A DNA stretch of 64,000 nt from Anaerohalosphaeraceae bacterium (lineage in GTDB: Bacteria > Planctomycetota > Phycisphaerae > Sedimentisphaerales > Anaerohalosphaeraceae), in NCBI GenBank assembly GCA_050309605.1, contig JBNRMN010000002.1, forward strand, positions 1 to 64,000, given 5' to 3'. Positions 9,885 through 19,761 of this stretch are shown in pieces (position 1 is the stretch's first letter; each line of letters opens with the position of its first letter). The translations under genes were made by a program, and so were the position numbers. Below the pieces are notes generated by a model. That model was not told the origin of the DNA and searched no databases. It saw only the letters and a list, made by a program, of their open reading frames with translations.

Positions 9885-11081
9885 TTATGGATGAGCGGTC
9901 TGTTCGGTGTTGAGAAAATGCGACACCAGCGGGCTGACGGTGTTGCGGCTGCCGGCTTGCTGATAGGCGGCCCGGGCCTTGGCGGTCTGGTCAAGCTGCG
10001 CATAGCATCGTCCGGTCATGAACCAGCCAAAGCCGGCCAGTTCCTCATCTCCGCGAAGATAGGCAAATGACCGCAGGGCCTCATTGTAGTCGCCTTTGAG
10101 GTATTGGGCGGCGCCGAGTACGGCATACGCCTGTGTCCAGCCGGGCTTGAGCGTCAGCGCCCGACGGGCGTTGTCGGCGGTACGGTCAACCCTGTCCGCT
10201 CCCATCGCCGCCTGGGCCATACTCAGCCAGACATCCGGATCGTCGCGGCGCATCGTCGAGAGGCGGTCGTAACTTTTCAGAGCCTGGCCGTATTGCCCGG
10301 CGTTGAAGTAACAGAAGGCAAGGCCGGTTAAATAGGTCTCTTGTGCGGTTTTCGGCGGGGCGACCTGCAGCAGTGTTTCGTATGTTTCGGCCGCGTTGAG
10401 CCAGTTATTTTGCTGTCGATAACAGTCGGCCAGCGCCTCCAGGATACCGATGTCATGAGGCGTTAAGCTGATCGCTGTTTTGTACAGCTCGACGGCTTCG
10501 TCCAGCCGTCCGCATCGGGCGCAGACAGAGGCGGCCTGAGCCAATACGATACTGTCTTTGCTGCGGGACAGGGTGGTACGGATATAGCCGGTCGTCTCGC
10601 TGCAGCGATCCAGCAGGGCCAGTGTGTCAATCAGGGCGGTCGTATAACCGATATGTTCCGGATTCAGACGAACGGCCTGTTGATAATGCTCAAGGGCGTC
10701 GTTGTGATTGTCCTGACTTTGTTCCAGTGCCGCCAGGTGGAACCATGCCGCGTCGCACTCGGCGTCGAGGGCGATGGCCTGTTCAAAGGCCTGTCGCGCT
10801 TGATTGAGGTGTCCCTCGGCGCAGAGAATCCGGCCGTCCAGGACATGGACCATCGGATTGTCCGGTTCGGCTGTCATGCACTCGTTCAGTGTTTTGCGCG
10901 CCTGGGCGACCTGTCCGCGTTCGAGCAGATCGACGGCGGCCGGCAGTCTTACGGCGAGCGAATCGTCGGCGTATTTTTGCCTTAACGCCTCTTTTTTTGC
11001 CGATTCGGTTTGTGCGCATCCTCCGGCCAGGATCAGACTCGCTGCAAACGCAATAGCTAACACGCTTCGTTTCAGATCCAT
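9885..11081 (-). CDS. TPR lipoprotein, candidate pilotin
   Basis: Lipobox-like LAGGC after a signal peptide; multiple TPR repeats; directly downstream of the secretin. Confidence 0.75.
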   Translation of the reverse strand: MDLKRSVLAIAFAASLILAGGCAQTESAKKEALRQKYADDSLAVRLPAAVDLLERGQVAQARKTLNECMTAEPDNPMVHVLDGRILCAEGHLNQARQAFEQAIALDAECDAAWFHLAALEQSQDNHNDALEHYQQAVRLNPEHIGYTTALIDTLALLDRCSETTGYIRTTLSRSKDSIVLAQAASVCARCGRLDEAVELYKTAISLTPHDIGILEALADCYRQQNNWLNAAETYETLLQVAPPKTAQETYLTGLAFCYFNAGQYGQALKSYDRLSTMRRDDPDVWLSMAQAAMGADRVDRTADNARRALTLKPGWTQAYAVLGAAQYLKGDYNEALRSFAYLRGDEELAGFGWFMTGRCYAQLDQTAKARAAYQQAGSRNTVSPLVSHFLNTEQTAHP

Positions 11082-11119
11082 CTTGCATCTCCTGAAAAAG
11101 TCCGTTCTGTGTTCAAAAG

Positions 11120-11148
11120 GCCTCGACCGGCTGTTGACCGGTCGAGGC
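11120..11148 (-). terminator. Stem-loop after the secretin gene
   Basis: GCCTCGACCGG / CCGGTCGAGGC 11-bp perfect stem, followed by CTTTT on the minus strand. Confidence 0.55.
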
Positions 11149-11167
11149 ATGGCGCAGTGTGAATGTC

Positions 11168-12925
11168 TTATTTACGCATCCATTTGCCGGATTCTTCCTG
11201 CTCCAGTTTGCGGAGCATGATGCGTTCGAGTTGGTCGAACTGGTCGGGCTGCTGCTGACGCAGAATACGTTCCCGCAGCCGAATGGGATCCAGGTAATTG
11301 CGTTTGATGGCAAAGGGGCTGTTCAATTCAGCCATGGCTTCATCGTAACGGCCTTCCTGATACAGCCGCACGGCCTTGGCGTACCGCGCTTCGTCGATGC
11401 GGGCGCGGCTCATCCACATCAGATTGTGCCGTGCATTCCAGGCCAGCCGTTCCACATCTTCTTTGCGCATGACGCCATCGGCCTGTTCCGGCTCGGTGAT
11501 GATATGGGGCGTCAGCAAAACGATCAGTTCAACGCGCTCGGATCGATCGTTCGTGCTGCGGAACAGATCGCCGACGCCGGGCAAATCGCCGAGAAGGGGA
11601 ACCTGAGTCCGACCGAGCGTGGTTTTTTCCTTAAACAGGCCGCCCAGTACGATGGTCTTGCCGTCTCGAACCATGACGTTGGTGGTCACTTCGGTGGTTT
11701 TTTCTCTGGGCAATACAAAATTACCTTCGATGTCCACGTCCGGCTCACTTTGCTTGGGATTGATCTCCATCCGGACCAGTCCGTCGCCGCTGATGAAGGG
11801 GCGGAAGGCCAGCCGCGTGCCGCCTTCGAGAAACTCGACCTGTTGAATGGCGCCGTCGGCACTGATCTGAGACGTTGTCACGTACCCTCTGCGGTCGCCG
11901 ATCATCACATGGCCGGCCTGTTTGTTCAGTGCCAGTATCTTGGTGTTGGCCAGCAGGGTGGTATCGGTGATGCTGTCCAGGGCCGTCAGCAATACGTCGA
12001 GCTTGCCGTTGACGATGCCGACTCGCAATCCGCCGGCGTCAGTGCCTTGGGCAAAACCGGTCTGAGTGACGCCGCTGTCGCCTAAATCCAGCACACCGGA
12101 GGTGGATAAATCCAGATTCAGATTTCTGAAATCGATGCCGAATTTTGTTGTTTCATCCAGACTGGCTTCCAGAATCGTGACTTCAATCAACACCTGCGGG
12201 GGCTGTTTGTCGATGGCGGCCAGGGCTTCTTTGACGGCCTGGATGTTTTCAGGATAATCGGAAATCGAGAGGATATCCCGAATCGCCAGCGAGTCGCCGC
12301 CTCTGCCGGCCTGTGTGTCGCGCACGGCGGGCGTGGTGACACCGATGCGTCCCATATCGCTGAGCAGCGGTTCGACGAGCTTTTTGGCTTCATCGGAATT
12401 GATGTAGTACAGCTCAATGATGGCGTTTTCAAGCCGTGTCTTGTCCTGCATAAACTCTTCGTTGGTATAGACCTTGATGAAGTTGCCCTTGATTTCGTAC
12501 TTGTGAGTGCCGAGGATGGCCTGCAGGGCCTCTTCGAAGGTTACGTCGTACAGATGCGACACGGTGACAATGCCGTCAACTTTGGCCGAGGGGACGATGT
12601 TTTTCTGATACATCTGAGCCAGCATCCGCAGGGCGTCTCTGATGGGCATATCTTTGCGGAAACTGATGGTCTGAATCGACTGACCGGCCAGGACCGGTAC
12701 CACTGTTTCGTTGTCGTGCTCGGCATTCTGCGGCGCCGGCTGCTGAACAGGCGTCGTCGTGTCCGCCTGCACAAGAAGCGGCTCGGCGGCGACCGGTTCG
12801 GCTGGCTGTACCGCCGGGTCCTGGGCCAATACCACCGCTGCGCAGACGGCCAGCACCGTCATTGCGACGACCGATCCAGCCAGCCGTTTTTTTGTGTGTG
12901 TTCGATTTGTTTTGTGTGACAACAT
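11168..12925 (-). CDS. Secretin (GspD/PilQ family)
   Basis: QVLIEVTILE, VMVRDGKTIVLGGLF, VPLLGDLPGVGDLFRS, LIVLLTPHII; signal peptide. Confidence 0.92.
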   Translation of the reverse strand: MLSHKTNRTHTKKRLAGSVVAMTVLAVCAAVVLAQDPAVQPAEPVAAEPLLVQADTTTPVQQPAPQNAEHDNETVVPVLAGQSIQTISFRKDMPIRDALRMLAQMYQKNIVPSAKVDGIVTVSHLYDVTFEEALQAILGTHKYEIKGNFIKVYTNEEFMQDKTRLENAIIELYYINSDEAKKLVEPLLSDMGRIGVTTPAVRDTQAGRGGDSLAIRDILSISDYPENIQAVKEALAAIDKQPPQVLIEVTILEASLDETTKFGIDFRNLNLDLSTSGVLDLGDSGVTQTGFAQGTDAGGLRVGIVNGKLDVLLTALDSITDTTLLANTKILALNKQAGHVMIGDRRGYVTTSQISADGAIQQVEFLEGGTRLAFRPFISGDGLVRMEINPKQSEPDVDIEGNFVLPREKTTEVTTNVMVRDGKTIVLGGLFKEKTTLGRTQVPLLGDLPGVGDLFRSTNDRSERVELIVLLTPHIITEPEQADGVMRKEDVERLAWNARHNLMWMSRARIDEARYAKAVRLYQEGRYDEAMAELNSPFAIKRNYLDPIRLRERILRQQQPDQFDQLERIMLRKLEQEESGKWMRK

Positions 12926-12944
12926 AAGACACCATCCTTTCAAG

Positions 12945-13568
12945 TTAATCGACGTGTTCGGATTCCGCCATTTTCAAAACGACGCTCCATTGGTCCCAGG
13001 TCAACACAACCCGGTTCTCGCCGATTTCCGAGACCGTCAATTCATAGGTTTCATTATCTTTTTTTACGATTAGCGTTTGTCCCTGTGACAGCACATGGCC
13101 CTGAATGCAGGCGCGCGGGGCCGGATCATTGCCGGTATGCAGTATGGCGTCCAGATTGAGCGTGCGGGTCAGTTCATCGGCAAATGCTTTCTGTCGCCGC
13201 TGCTGTTCTGCGTTTTCATCCGGCGGTTCGGGCGTTTTGTCGGCAGTGCGGAAACCCGGCCAATTGGACGATGAGAACAAGTCGCTTGCCAAGACATCGT
13301 GCCTGCCTTCCATGACCGGCAGCTGAACCGGTTTGATGTGCACGGCGGTCTCGGTCGGTTTTGACGCCGCTGCGGCCAGGGCTTCTTCGGCGGCCTGAGC
13401 CGCCGACGGCCCCGTTTGTCCGCCGGTCAGAACGCGAAGCCACAACATCCCCATCAGCGCCATCAATACGATAGCCGTGATGGTCTTGGGGCTGAGCGAC
13501 CGAAGCGGGTTCGCAGCCGAAGAGATGCCGCTTGTGTTGTTATATTGCGAATATGTCATCGTATTCAT
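12945..13568 (-). CDS. Hypothetical single-TM pilus/T2SS protein (PilP/GspC-like position)
   Basis: One TM, beta-rich C-terminus; lies between the PilO-like gene and the secretin. Confidence 0.5.
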   Translation of the reverse strand: MNTMTYSQYNNTSGISSAANPLRSLSPKTITAIVLMALMGMLWLRVLTGGQTGPSAAQAAEEALAAAASKPTETAVHIKPVQLPVMEGRHDVLASDLFSSSNWPGFRTADKTPEPPDENAEQQRRQKAFADELTRTLNLDAILHTGNDPAPRACIQGHVLSQGQTLIVKKDNETYELTVSEIGENRVVLTWDQWSVVLKMAESEHVD

Positions 13569-13591
13569 TCACCGCAGAGTGAGCATTGCGA

Positions 13592-14137
13592 TTATCCCTG
13601 TTTCGGTTCGATCTGATAATACAGGACGGCTTTGGCGTTCAGTTTGACGCTGCCGTCGGATCGGCTGTCATTGACCAGTTCCACCTGTTCAAAGCGAATC
13701 AGACGCTGCCATTGTTCGATGGCTTGAAAGAAGGCGAACAGATCCTGCATCGTGCCGACTGCCGCCAGCGTCAGCGGAATGGCCCCCAGTTGATCGGCTT
13801 GCACGGCCGGTCCCGGCTGGACATGCTGTTCGCTGAGGTGGTATTGGTTCATCAGGTCGGCGATTTGCTGCCAGAGATCGCCGAACCCTCTGCCGGCAGG
13901 GATGCGGGCGTCAAACACGGCCGCCTGCGCCCGCATGTGGTCGAGCTGTTGAGCCAAATCGGGCAGCCGGGCGCCGTCGGCATGAATTTCTTCAAGGGTT
14001 TGGCGATGCTGCTGAATCGTCTCATCCAGCGTCCGGCGCTGATGCAGCAGGGGGGCGATGCGCAAGCCGCCGATTCCTGTTACACAGAGCAGGACGGTTG
14101 TTATGAGAATCCATTGTTGTTTATCAAGTTGTCTCAT
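13592..14137 (-). CDS. pilO: PilO/GspM-like protein
   Basis: TM, coiled coil, then ferredoxin-like region (FFQAIEQWQRLIRF); M-N-O gene order. Confidence 0.7.
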   Translation of the reverse strand: MRQLDKQQWILITTVLLCVTGIGGLRIAPLLHQRRTLDETIQQHRQTLEEIHADGARLPDLAQQLDHMRAQAAVFDARIPAGRGFGDLWQQIADLMNQYHLSEQHVQPGPAVQADQLGAIPLTLAAVGTMQDLFAFFQAIEQWQRLIRFEQVELVNDSRSDGSVKLNAKAVLYYQIEPKQG

Positions 14138-14143
14138 CGGTTA

Positions 14144-14794
14144 TTACCTCACGATGTCATAATCGGCAACGGTGCAGACGATTTCAAATTCGGTAACGGT
14201 CTTGTCGCCGATCTTTTTCGCCCGCGAAAAAGCGGGCGAAACGGCTGTAAAATAGTCGGATATTTCAAGTCGTTCGATAAGTCCGGCCACATCGGCTCCG
14301 CCGGCGGCGATACCGGTCAGCGTGATTTGGGTTCGCTGCGGTTCGTTGGGCAGCGGGGATGGGCCGTCGGATTTTGAGCCGCCGATACGAATGATGCCGG
14401 TCTTTGAGGCGGGCTTTGCGTCTTTGATCGATTCCTGAATCAGCGATACGCGGGTGAACATGATCCGCTCAGTGACGCAATGGGACAGTTCACCCAGCAC
14501 GGCACTGACGGCCGTTCGGGGGGTCAGTACTTCGAGAATTTCGGTTTCGCGGCTGAGCCGGTCGATTTGAAGCCGCAGTTCCTGCGCCGTCTGAAGCGTC
14601 TGACGGCCTTCTTCGATCACGGATTCGATTTGGCGGGTTTGAGCCTCCAATCCGACGACCGAGCGGCCGAGCATAAAGCTCCAGCCGGCCACCCCTGCGA
14701 CAATCAGTCCGAACAGGACATAATGGCGGTATTGGCGCTGTTTGCGCTGTCGGTCGGCCCGGTACCAGTCTGGCAGGAAATCAAGCTCTTTCAT
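14144..14794 (-). CDS. pilN: PilN-like protein
   Basis: ELDFLP start motif, TM, coiled coil, ITLTGIA. Confidence 0.7.
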   Translation of the reverse strand: MKELDFLPDWYRADRQRKQRQYRHYVLFGLIVAGVAGWSFMLGRSVVGLEAQTRQIESVIEEGRQTLQTAQELRLQIDRLSRETEILEVLTPRTAVSAVLGELSHCVTERIMFTRVSLIQESIKDAKPASKTGIIRIGGSKSDGPSPLPNEPQRTQITLTGIAAGGADVAGLIERLEISDYFTAVSPAFSRAKKIGDKTVTEFEIVCTVADYDIVR

Positions 14795-15921
14795 ACGTCG
14801 CTTCCCGTGAGCTGCGGCTGTTGACAGGGGTCGCCGGCCTGATCGACGCCTTTCAGCGCCAGGCCGACGGCAATCGTCCACTCGCACAACTGCGGCTTAT
14901 AGCGGCGGTCAAATCCGGTGCGGCTCAGGTCAAATCCCCGCAGCGGCTCGGCAATGCGGATGGCCACGCCGAGATGACGCTTCAGGGCGTCCATCAGGGA
15001 CGGCTCATACGCCTCACCGCCTGCAAAGATCGCCTCGCTGGGACGTTGTCCGCGAAACGTGACGGCGTAATATTTGAAACACAGTGAGATTTCATGGGCC
15101 AGCTCTTCAACCGAAGCGCTCATGGCATCGCGGACGGCCCGAACCGTATCGGCATCGACGCCGTCGTCTTGGTCTTCGTGCAGGCGGCTGCGCAGTCGCA
15201 TCGTGTCTTCGATACTGATCCCCAGACGCCGGGCGACCTGCTCGTTGAACTGCCGTCCGGCCAGGGGGATTTGTTTGACGAAGGCGACGTTTTGGCCGCG
15301 TCCGATAATGACGGTGGTGTATTTGGCGCCCAAATCAACGAAGACACTAACGATGTCTTTGTCTTCGCGTCGGCGAAGGGTTGCCTGAAAGCTGCGAAAC
15401 AGTGCGCCGGGAACGGTTTCGATGGACACCGGTTCCAGTCCCGCGCGCTCGAGCATGTCAATATGAGCGGCAAGCTGCTGACGACGGATGCCGAAAAAGA
15501 TGACTTCGTTTTTGATGTCGTCGCCCTGGAAGACGCTGCCGGCGATACTGTAGCGAATCTCGTCGGTTCGGGCGTCCAGCCCCAGCCGCGGGGCGACTTC
15601 GCCGGCGATCAGGGCCTCGATCCGGATCGGATCAAGGCTGTCCAGCCGCAGGCTCTTGATCTTGAGCATATCGCCCGGCAGGCACGAAACGACTTGACGC
15701 CCGGAAAATCGGCCGTGCTGAAGCATATGGCCCAGGGCCTCGACCACGGCGCTGCGCCACGGGTCCGATCCGGCTTCAAGCTGCGGGTCGAGATGGACCT
15801 GGTCGGCGGCATCGACGCGCCAGCTCTGGTCGCGCTGACTGAGCTGGATCATCTTGATCGTCGTATGGCCGATGTCCAAGCCGATGGGACAACTGTTGCG
15901 TTTGAACAAAAACTCAAACAT
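14791..15921 (-). CDS. pilM: PilM actin-like pilus assembly protein
   Basis: IGLDIGHTTIKMIQL, VDLGAKYTTVII, FAGGEA, IAVGLALKG. Confidence 0.88.
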   Translation of the reverse strand: MFEFLFKRNSCPIGLDIGHTTIKMIQLSQRDQSWRVDAADQVHLDPQLEAGSDPWRSAVVEALGHMLQHGRFSGRQVVSCLPGDMLKIKSLRLDSLDPIRIEALIAGEVAPRLGLDARTDEIRYSIAGSVFQGDDIKNEVIFFGIRRQQLAAHIDMLERAGLEPVSIETVPGALFRSFQATLRRREDKDIVSVFVDLGAKYTTVIIGRGQNVAFVKQIPLAGRQFNEQVARRLGISIEDTMRLRSRLHEDQDDGVDADTVRAVRDAMSASVEELAHEISLCFKYYAVTFRGQRPSEAIFAGGEAYEPSLMDALKRHLGVAIRIAEPLRGFDLSRTGFDRRYKPQLCEWTIAVGLALKGVDQAGDPCQQPQLTGSDV

Positions 15922-15937
15922 ATGCGTATCCTGCCGT

Positions 15938-16498
15938 TCAGGGCGTTGGGCTTTCAATCGTGACATAACCGGTCAGCGGTTCGATTTTGACGTATAACGA
16001 AAAATGGCCCGCCGTATCCTGAAGTTCAATAGTTCCGCTTTTGAGCGGGTTGTCTGTTCCTGAGCCGCTGTAGGGTGTGCCCATATAGTCGAACGTGATG
16101 GCCTTGTCAGTACTGTCCGGATCCAGCGTTATGCCGTTGACGGGAATGCAAACCCGATTGAGGCTGCGGATAGTGGAAAATTGGACTTCAAAATCTCTGC
16201 CGCTGATTGGATTTGTAATGGGATCCTCTGTACTGTTTTTGATTTTATAGCCATTTGTGTCGGAAGAATCGTCAAATAGCACTGTAAAGGACTGCTGGTG
16301 CGTGATGGCCATATTCTTGGCGTATTCAAGGTCGGCGGCCAGGCGGTTGGCGGCGCTGCGGACCTGCATATCGGCGGCGCCGCTCATCATGGGCACGGCG
16401 ATCAGCGCGACGATGGCGAGAATCGCGACGGTGACCATAATCTCGATCAAGGTGAACGCCGCCGTGCGTCTGTTCGGTTTGATTGTCCGTTTGGCCAT
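15938..16498 (-). CDS. GspH/FimT-like minor (pseudo)pilin
   Basis: AAFTLIEIMVTVAILAIVA; RLAADLEYAKNMAI. Confidence 0.85.
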   Translation of the reverse strand: MAKRTIKPNRRTAAFTLIEIMVTVAILAIVALIAVPMMSGAADMQVRSAANRLAADLEYAKNMAITHQQSFTVLFDDSSDTNGYKIKNSTEDPITNPISGRDFEVQFSTIRSLNRVCIPVNGITLDPDSTDKAITFDYMGTPYSGSGTDNPLKSGTIELQDTAGHFSLYVKIEPLTGYVTIESPTP

Positions 16499-16847
16499 CA
16501 CAATGCCTTTCTTTACAGTTGTTCTGCCGGTACTGATGTCGTCAGACGACCGGCTCGGCTTAATCAGCCGCCGAAAATTTTGCCGGCTGAACACTAATTT
16601 TTCGTCCGGCGGCGGTGTCCGTTCGTTTGTCTGTTTGGTGCGGCTTGTTTGTGTTGCCGCGATTTTCATCTTGAAAAGGTGTTTTCAGCATTAAAAACAC
16701 CTTATGCCCCCACAGAAGCCTGATGTATTATAAAACATACAAAACAATTCGGCCTGTCGGGGCGTCATAAATCAAGAGTCAGTCGATGGAGTTATCGATG
16801 TTTGCGGGACACAGGTTATAGGACGCAGCGCCGATGATGTGCGGTTT

Positions 16848-16923
16848 ATCGGGTGGCACCCTCAAGCATCGGGTGGCGTCCTCAAGCATCGGGTGGCACC
16901 CTCAAGCGCAGCTTGCGGGTGCC
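16848..16923. repeat. 3 x 20-bp tandem repeat ending in a REP-like hairpin
   Basis: ATCGGGTGGCACCCTCAAGC x3; the last unit extends into GGCACCC-TCAAGC-GCA-GCTTG-C-GGGTGCC. Confidence 0.85.
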
Positions 16924-16939
16924 GGGACAGAGTTTGGCA

Positions 16940-17464
16940 TCATTCTTGAGGACGCCGGATGTTGGTAAACCAGGCTCTTTGTGTGTCAGGATTATACAGG
17001 ATCGTTGCGCTTAGTTCGCTAAAAGGTCGAGTAGTGGCTCCGGTTTTGTCATAACGCACTTTGCATACTAGGTCGTACCGCCAGAGTAAATCATATTGTG
17101 GGTGATTAGTAATTGTTTGCGGATCGTAGGCAGGTTCCAGAATAAAAGAGAAGTTCTCGTCACCATCCAACTCGGCGGGAGCATTGTTATTTAAATATTG
17201 AGGATTAACTGGAGCATTCAGAGTCCCAGACTTGTTGTCCGCCAGAATCAATGCGCGGGCGTGTTCCAGCCCGCCCCAGGCGATGTAGTCGGCCTGGGTG
17301 CGCAGGGCGTAGTTGTGGCCGCCGGCCGCGGCCATGTCGGCGCGGTACAGGATGCCCAGCGAGATCACCACCACCGCCATAATCATAAACAGCACCACCA
17401 GCAGGGCTGCGCCGCGGCGATTCCTGGTTTTGCGTTTTGCGTTTTGCGTTTTGCGTTTGATCAT
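16940..17464 (-). CDS. PilX/GspK-like minor pilin
   Basis: RRGAALLVVL, no Glu5; AWGGLEHA. Confidence 0.75.
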   Translation of the reverse strand: MIKRKTQNAKRKTRNRRGAALLVVLFMIMAVVVISLGILYRADMAAAGGHNYALRTQADYIAWGGLEHARALILADNKSGTLNAPVNPQYLNNNAPAELDGDENFSFILEPAYDPQTITNHPQYDLLWRYDLVCKVRYDKTGATTRPFSELSATILYNPDTQRAWFTNIRRPQE

Positions 17465-17506
17465 TATCGCATTTCACATTTGAAATTGGATATTTGAGAT
17501 TTCAGA

Positions 17507-18055
17507 TTATCTCTCGCCGCGTGGCGTGGCGGTCAGGGTATAACGTGCATCGTTTATATCGAACGTGATGGTTACGTGGTTATTTTCATACTGGATATGT
17601 ACATTTTTCTGAACAGATACGGAGTTTTGTGTTGTCGCGTCTTCAATTTTATAGTCATATTCAGATGTGTTAGGCTCGGGTTTGCTGAAATCCTTTACGT
17701 AAAGAATGTTTTGTGAGGCATCTGTATAGATTTTATATTTTCCCTCGGCGCAGACGATTTCTACGCCTTTGTTTTCGCCTTCAGGGAGTTCTTCGATACT
17801 TTCGGCGCGCATGACCAGATCGGCCAGGCGCGTGTGCAGTTGTGCCAGATAGGTGGCGGTGCGGGTCATGTTTTCGGTTTCGCGCTTGCCGCAGCTCATG
17901 GCGTCGGCCATCGTCGCCGCCGCGGCCAGCACAATCGCTGCGACCATCAGCGCCAGCAGCAGCTCGGTGAGCGTAAAGCCGCTGGATGGACGATGGACGA
18001 GGGACGAGGGACGATTGTCCTGTGGTCTATATTGTGCCGGTCTATTGTTTTTCAT
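17507..18055 (-). CDS. Prepilin-type minor pilin (PilW/GspJ-like)
   Basis: GFTLTELLLAL class III signal. Confidence 0.8.
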   Translation of the reverse strand: MKNNRPAQYRPQDNRPSSLVHRPSSGFTLTELLLALMVAAIVLAAAATMADAMSCGKRETENMTRTATYLAQLHTRLADLVMRAESIEELPEGENKGVEIVCAEGKYKIYTDASQNILYVKDFSKPEPNTSEYDYKIEDATTQNSVSVQKNVHIQYENNHVTITFDINDARYTLTATPRGER

Positions 18056-18094
18056 ATCCTCTTTTTGGGATTTTTGGTTATTGCTGTGCTGCAT

Positions 18095-18520
18095 TTACAG
18101 ATGACCGTCGCCGATCAATGTTTTGAGTGTGATCATGGGTCTGTTGTTGTCGGAGACCTTGACTGTTAGAATCACCACATCAATGGTATCGGGCATTTGA
18201 CCAACCGAATCATAAGTGATAAATAACTTTGCGCTCAAATTCGAATAAACAGGCTCAGGGTATTGTCCCAAGGGAATTATTGGGTCATACTGTCCGTTAA
18301 CAGGATAATCGTTTTTGATAGCGTCGTATCCTTCGGCAATGAGCCTTTCAATGACGTCAGCGGCGAAGCGTGTGGCGATGACGCGGCGTTGGGCGTCTGT
18401 TTGGGCGGCGGCGGCGGCGGTGATGGGCAGCAGGATGCCCGCCGCGGCCATGGCCAGCAGCGCCGAGGCCATCAGGGCCTCGATCAGCGTCATGCCGGAT
18501 TGTTGTTTGCGTCGTGCCAT
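18095..18520 (-). CDS. PilV/GspI-like minor pilin
   Basis: GMTLIEALMA class III signal. Confidence 0.8.
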   Translation of the reverse strand: MARRKQQSGMTLIEALMASALLAMAAAGILLPITAAAAAQTDAQRRVIATRFAADVIERLIAEGYDAIKNDYPVNGQYDPIIPLGQYPEPVYSNLSAKLFITYDSVGQMPDTIDVVILTVKVSDNNRPMITLKTLIGDGHL

Positions 18521-18671
18521 CGTTTCCCCTCTAAGGGAAAATTCCAAATCTTAAATTCCAAATCATAAACAAATCTGAAAATTAAAAACCGAAAACATTC
18601 AACACGTTTTGAATTTCTGATTTTTAAAATTTGACCTTGTTTAGGATTTAGTGCTTAGTGCTTGGAATTTT

Positions 18672-19097
18672 CTACAGGTCTTTGTGGCGGATGCCTTTGG
18701 TTGCGCCGCCGTCGTCGGCGATGAATCGGCCGGTTTGCTGGTCATACAGCCAGTCGCCGCCGGAGACGCTGTTGCCCCCGGTGAAGGGATTGGCGGGGAT
18801 GCGCTCCAGATAGGGGCCGAACTTCAGAGGGCCGTCGGCGTCGTCGGTCGTGCCTTTGAGGTTGGTTTTTTGGGTCATCTGTTCGGCGAAGGCCGCCAGA
18901 CGAGGCCATTGGCCGTCGTGCTGAACGTGGTACAACGACAGTTGTGAGCGGACCGTCTGGAGGTTTTCACATAACGTGTTGAGCCGCTCGTCGGTTGCGG
19001 CGCGACTGAATTTGGGCAGCGTCATCACCGAGACGACGCACAGCACCGCTGCGATGATGATGACTTCAGTCTTTTTGAATGTGTTGTTCGTCCTCAT
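18672..19097 (-). CDS. Pilin paralog with degenerate cleavage site
   Basis: NLQTVRSQLSLYHVQHDGQWP and GPYLERIPANPF resemble the adjacent major pilin; N-terminus reads TFKKTE. Confidence 0.75.
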   Translation of the reverse strand: MRTNNTFKKTEVIIIAAVLCVVSVMTLPKFSRAATDERLNTLCENLQTVRSQLSLYHVQHDGQWPRLAAFAEQMTQKTNLKGTTDDADGPLKFGPYLERIPANPFTGGNSVSGGDWLYDQQTGRFIADDGGATKGIRHKDL

Positions 19098-19179
19098 TGC
19101 TTTTCCTTGAATACGTGAATTTTAAATGAGCTTCACACGAAGCGTTTTTACTTTCGGCCTGAATGGTCAATCGTCAAAG

Positions 19180-19220
19180 AAAAAAGCCGACCGGCCGCGT
19201 GAGTGCGGACCGGCCGGCTT
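19180..19220 (-). terminator. Rho-independent terminator after the major pilin
   Basis: Long GC stem AAGCCG.CCGG-CCGC / GCGG-CCGG.CGGCTT followed by a T run on the minus strand. Confidence 0.7.
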
Positions 19221-19245
19221 ATTTTGACATTTCAGCTTTTAATTA

Positions 19246-19761
19246 TCAATCAGTAGTACCACCAGTAGTACCAAGTGCCGCACCGTTTTCAACAAGAGTG
19301 TCCTTTGCAGTCTTATTGGTTACGTCGCTGACGGCCAGATAGATGTTGCCTGTGCCTTCTACATAGACCCAGCCGACACCAGCCCCATCTGCAGCAGCAA
19401 CGGAGGAGGAGTTGTTCCAGGGATTTCTGGGAATCGACTGAACGTAAGGTCCATAAATAATGTTATTTTCAGCATCTTTTGAATCACTTGTGTTTCCAGC
19501 GGCATCTGAATATTGTTCGAGCCGATCTTTAAATGTTGCCTCGTCAAATGTTCCATGACAAGGAGGATTGTCATTGTGCTGGATTTTGTACAGCGAAATC
19601 TGCGACCGCAGCGTCTGCAAGCTGCTCATCGAGCTGTTGAGCTTGGCTTCGGTGCTGGCCTCGCTGAACTGAGGGATGACGATGGCCGCCAGGATACCCA
19701 GGATGACCACCACGATCAGAATTTCAACCAGTGTGAAACCTTTTTGTGTTCGTGTTCTCAT
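19246..19761 (-). CDS. Major (pseudo)pilin, GspG/PilA-like
   Basis: KGFTLVEILIVVVILGILAAIVIP; first gene of the operon with its own terminator. Confidence 0.9.
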   Translation of the reverse strand: MRTRTQKGFTLVEILIVVVILGILAAIVIPQFSEASTEAKLNSSMSSLQTLRSQISLYKIQHNDNPPCHGTFDEATFKDRLEQYSDAAGNTSDSKDAENNIIYGPYVQSIPRNPWNNSSSVAAADGAGVGWVYVEGTGNIYLAVSDVTNKTAKDTLVENGAALGTTGGTTD

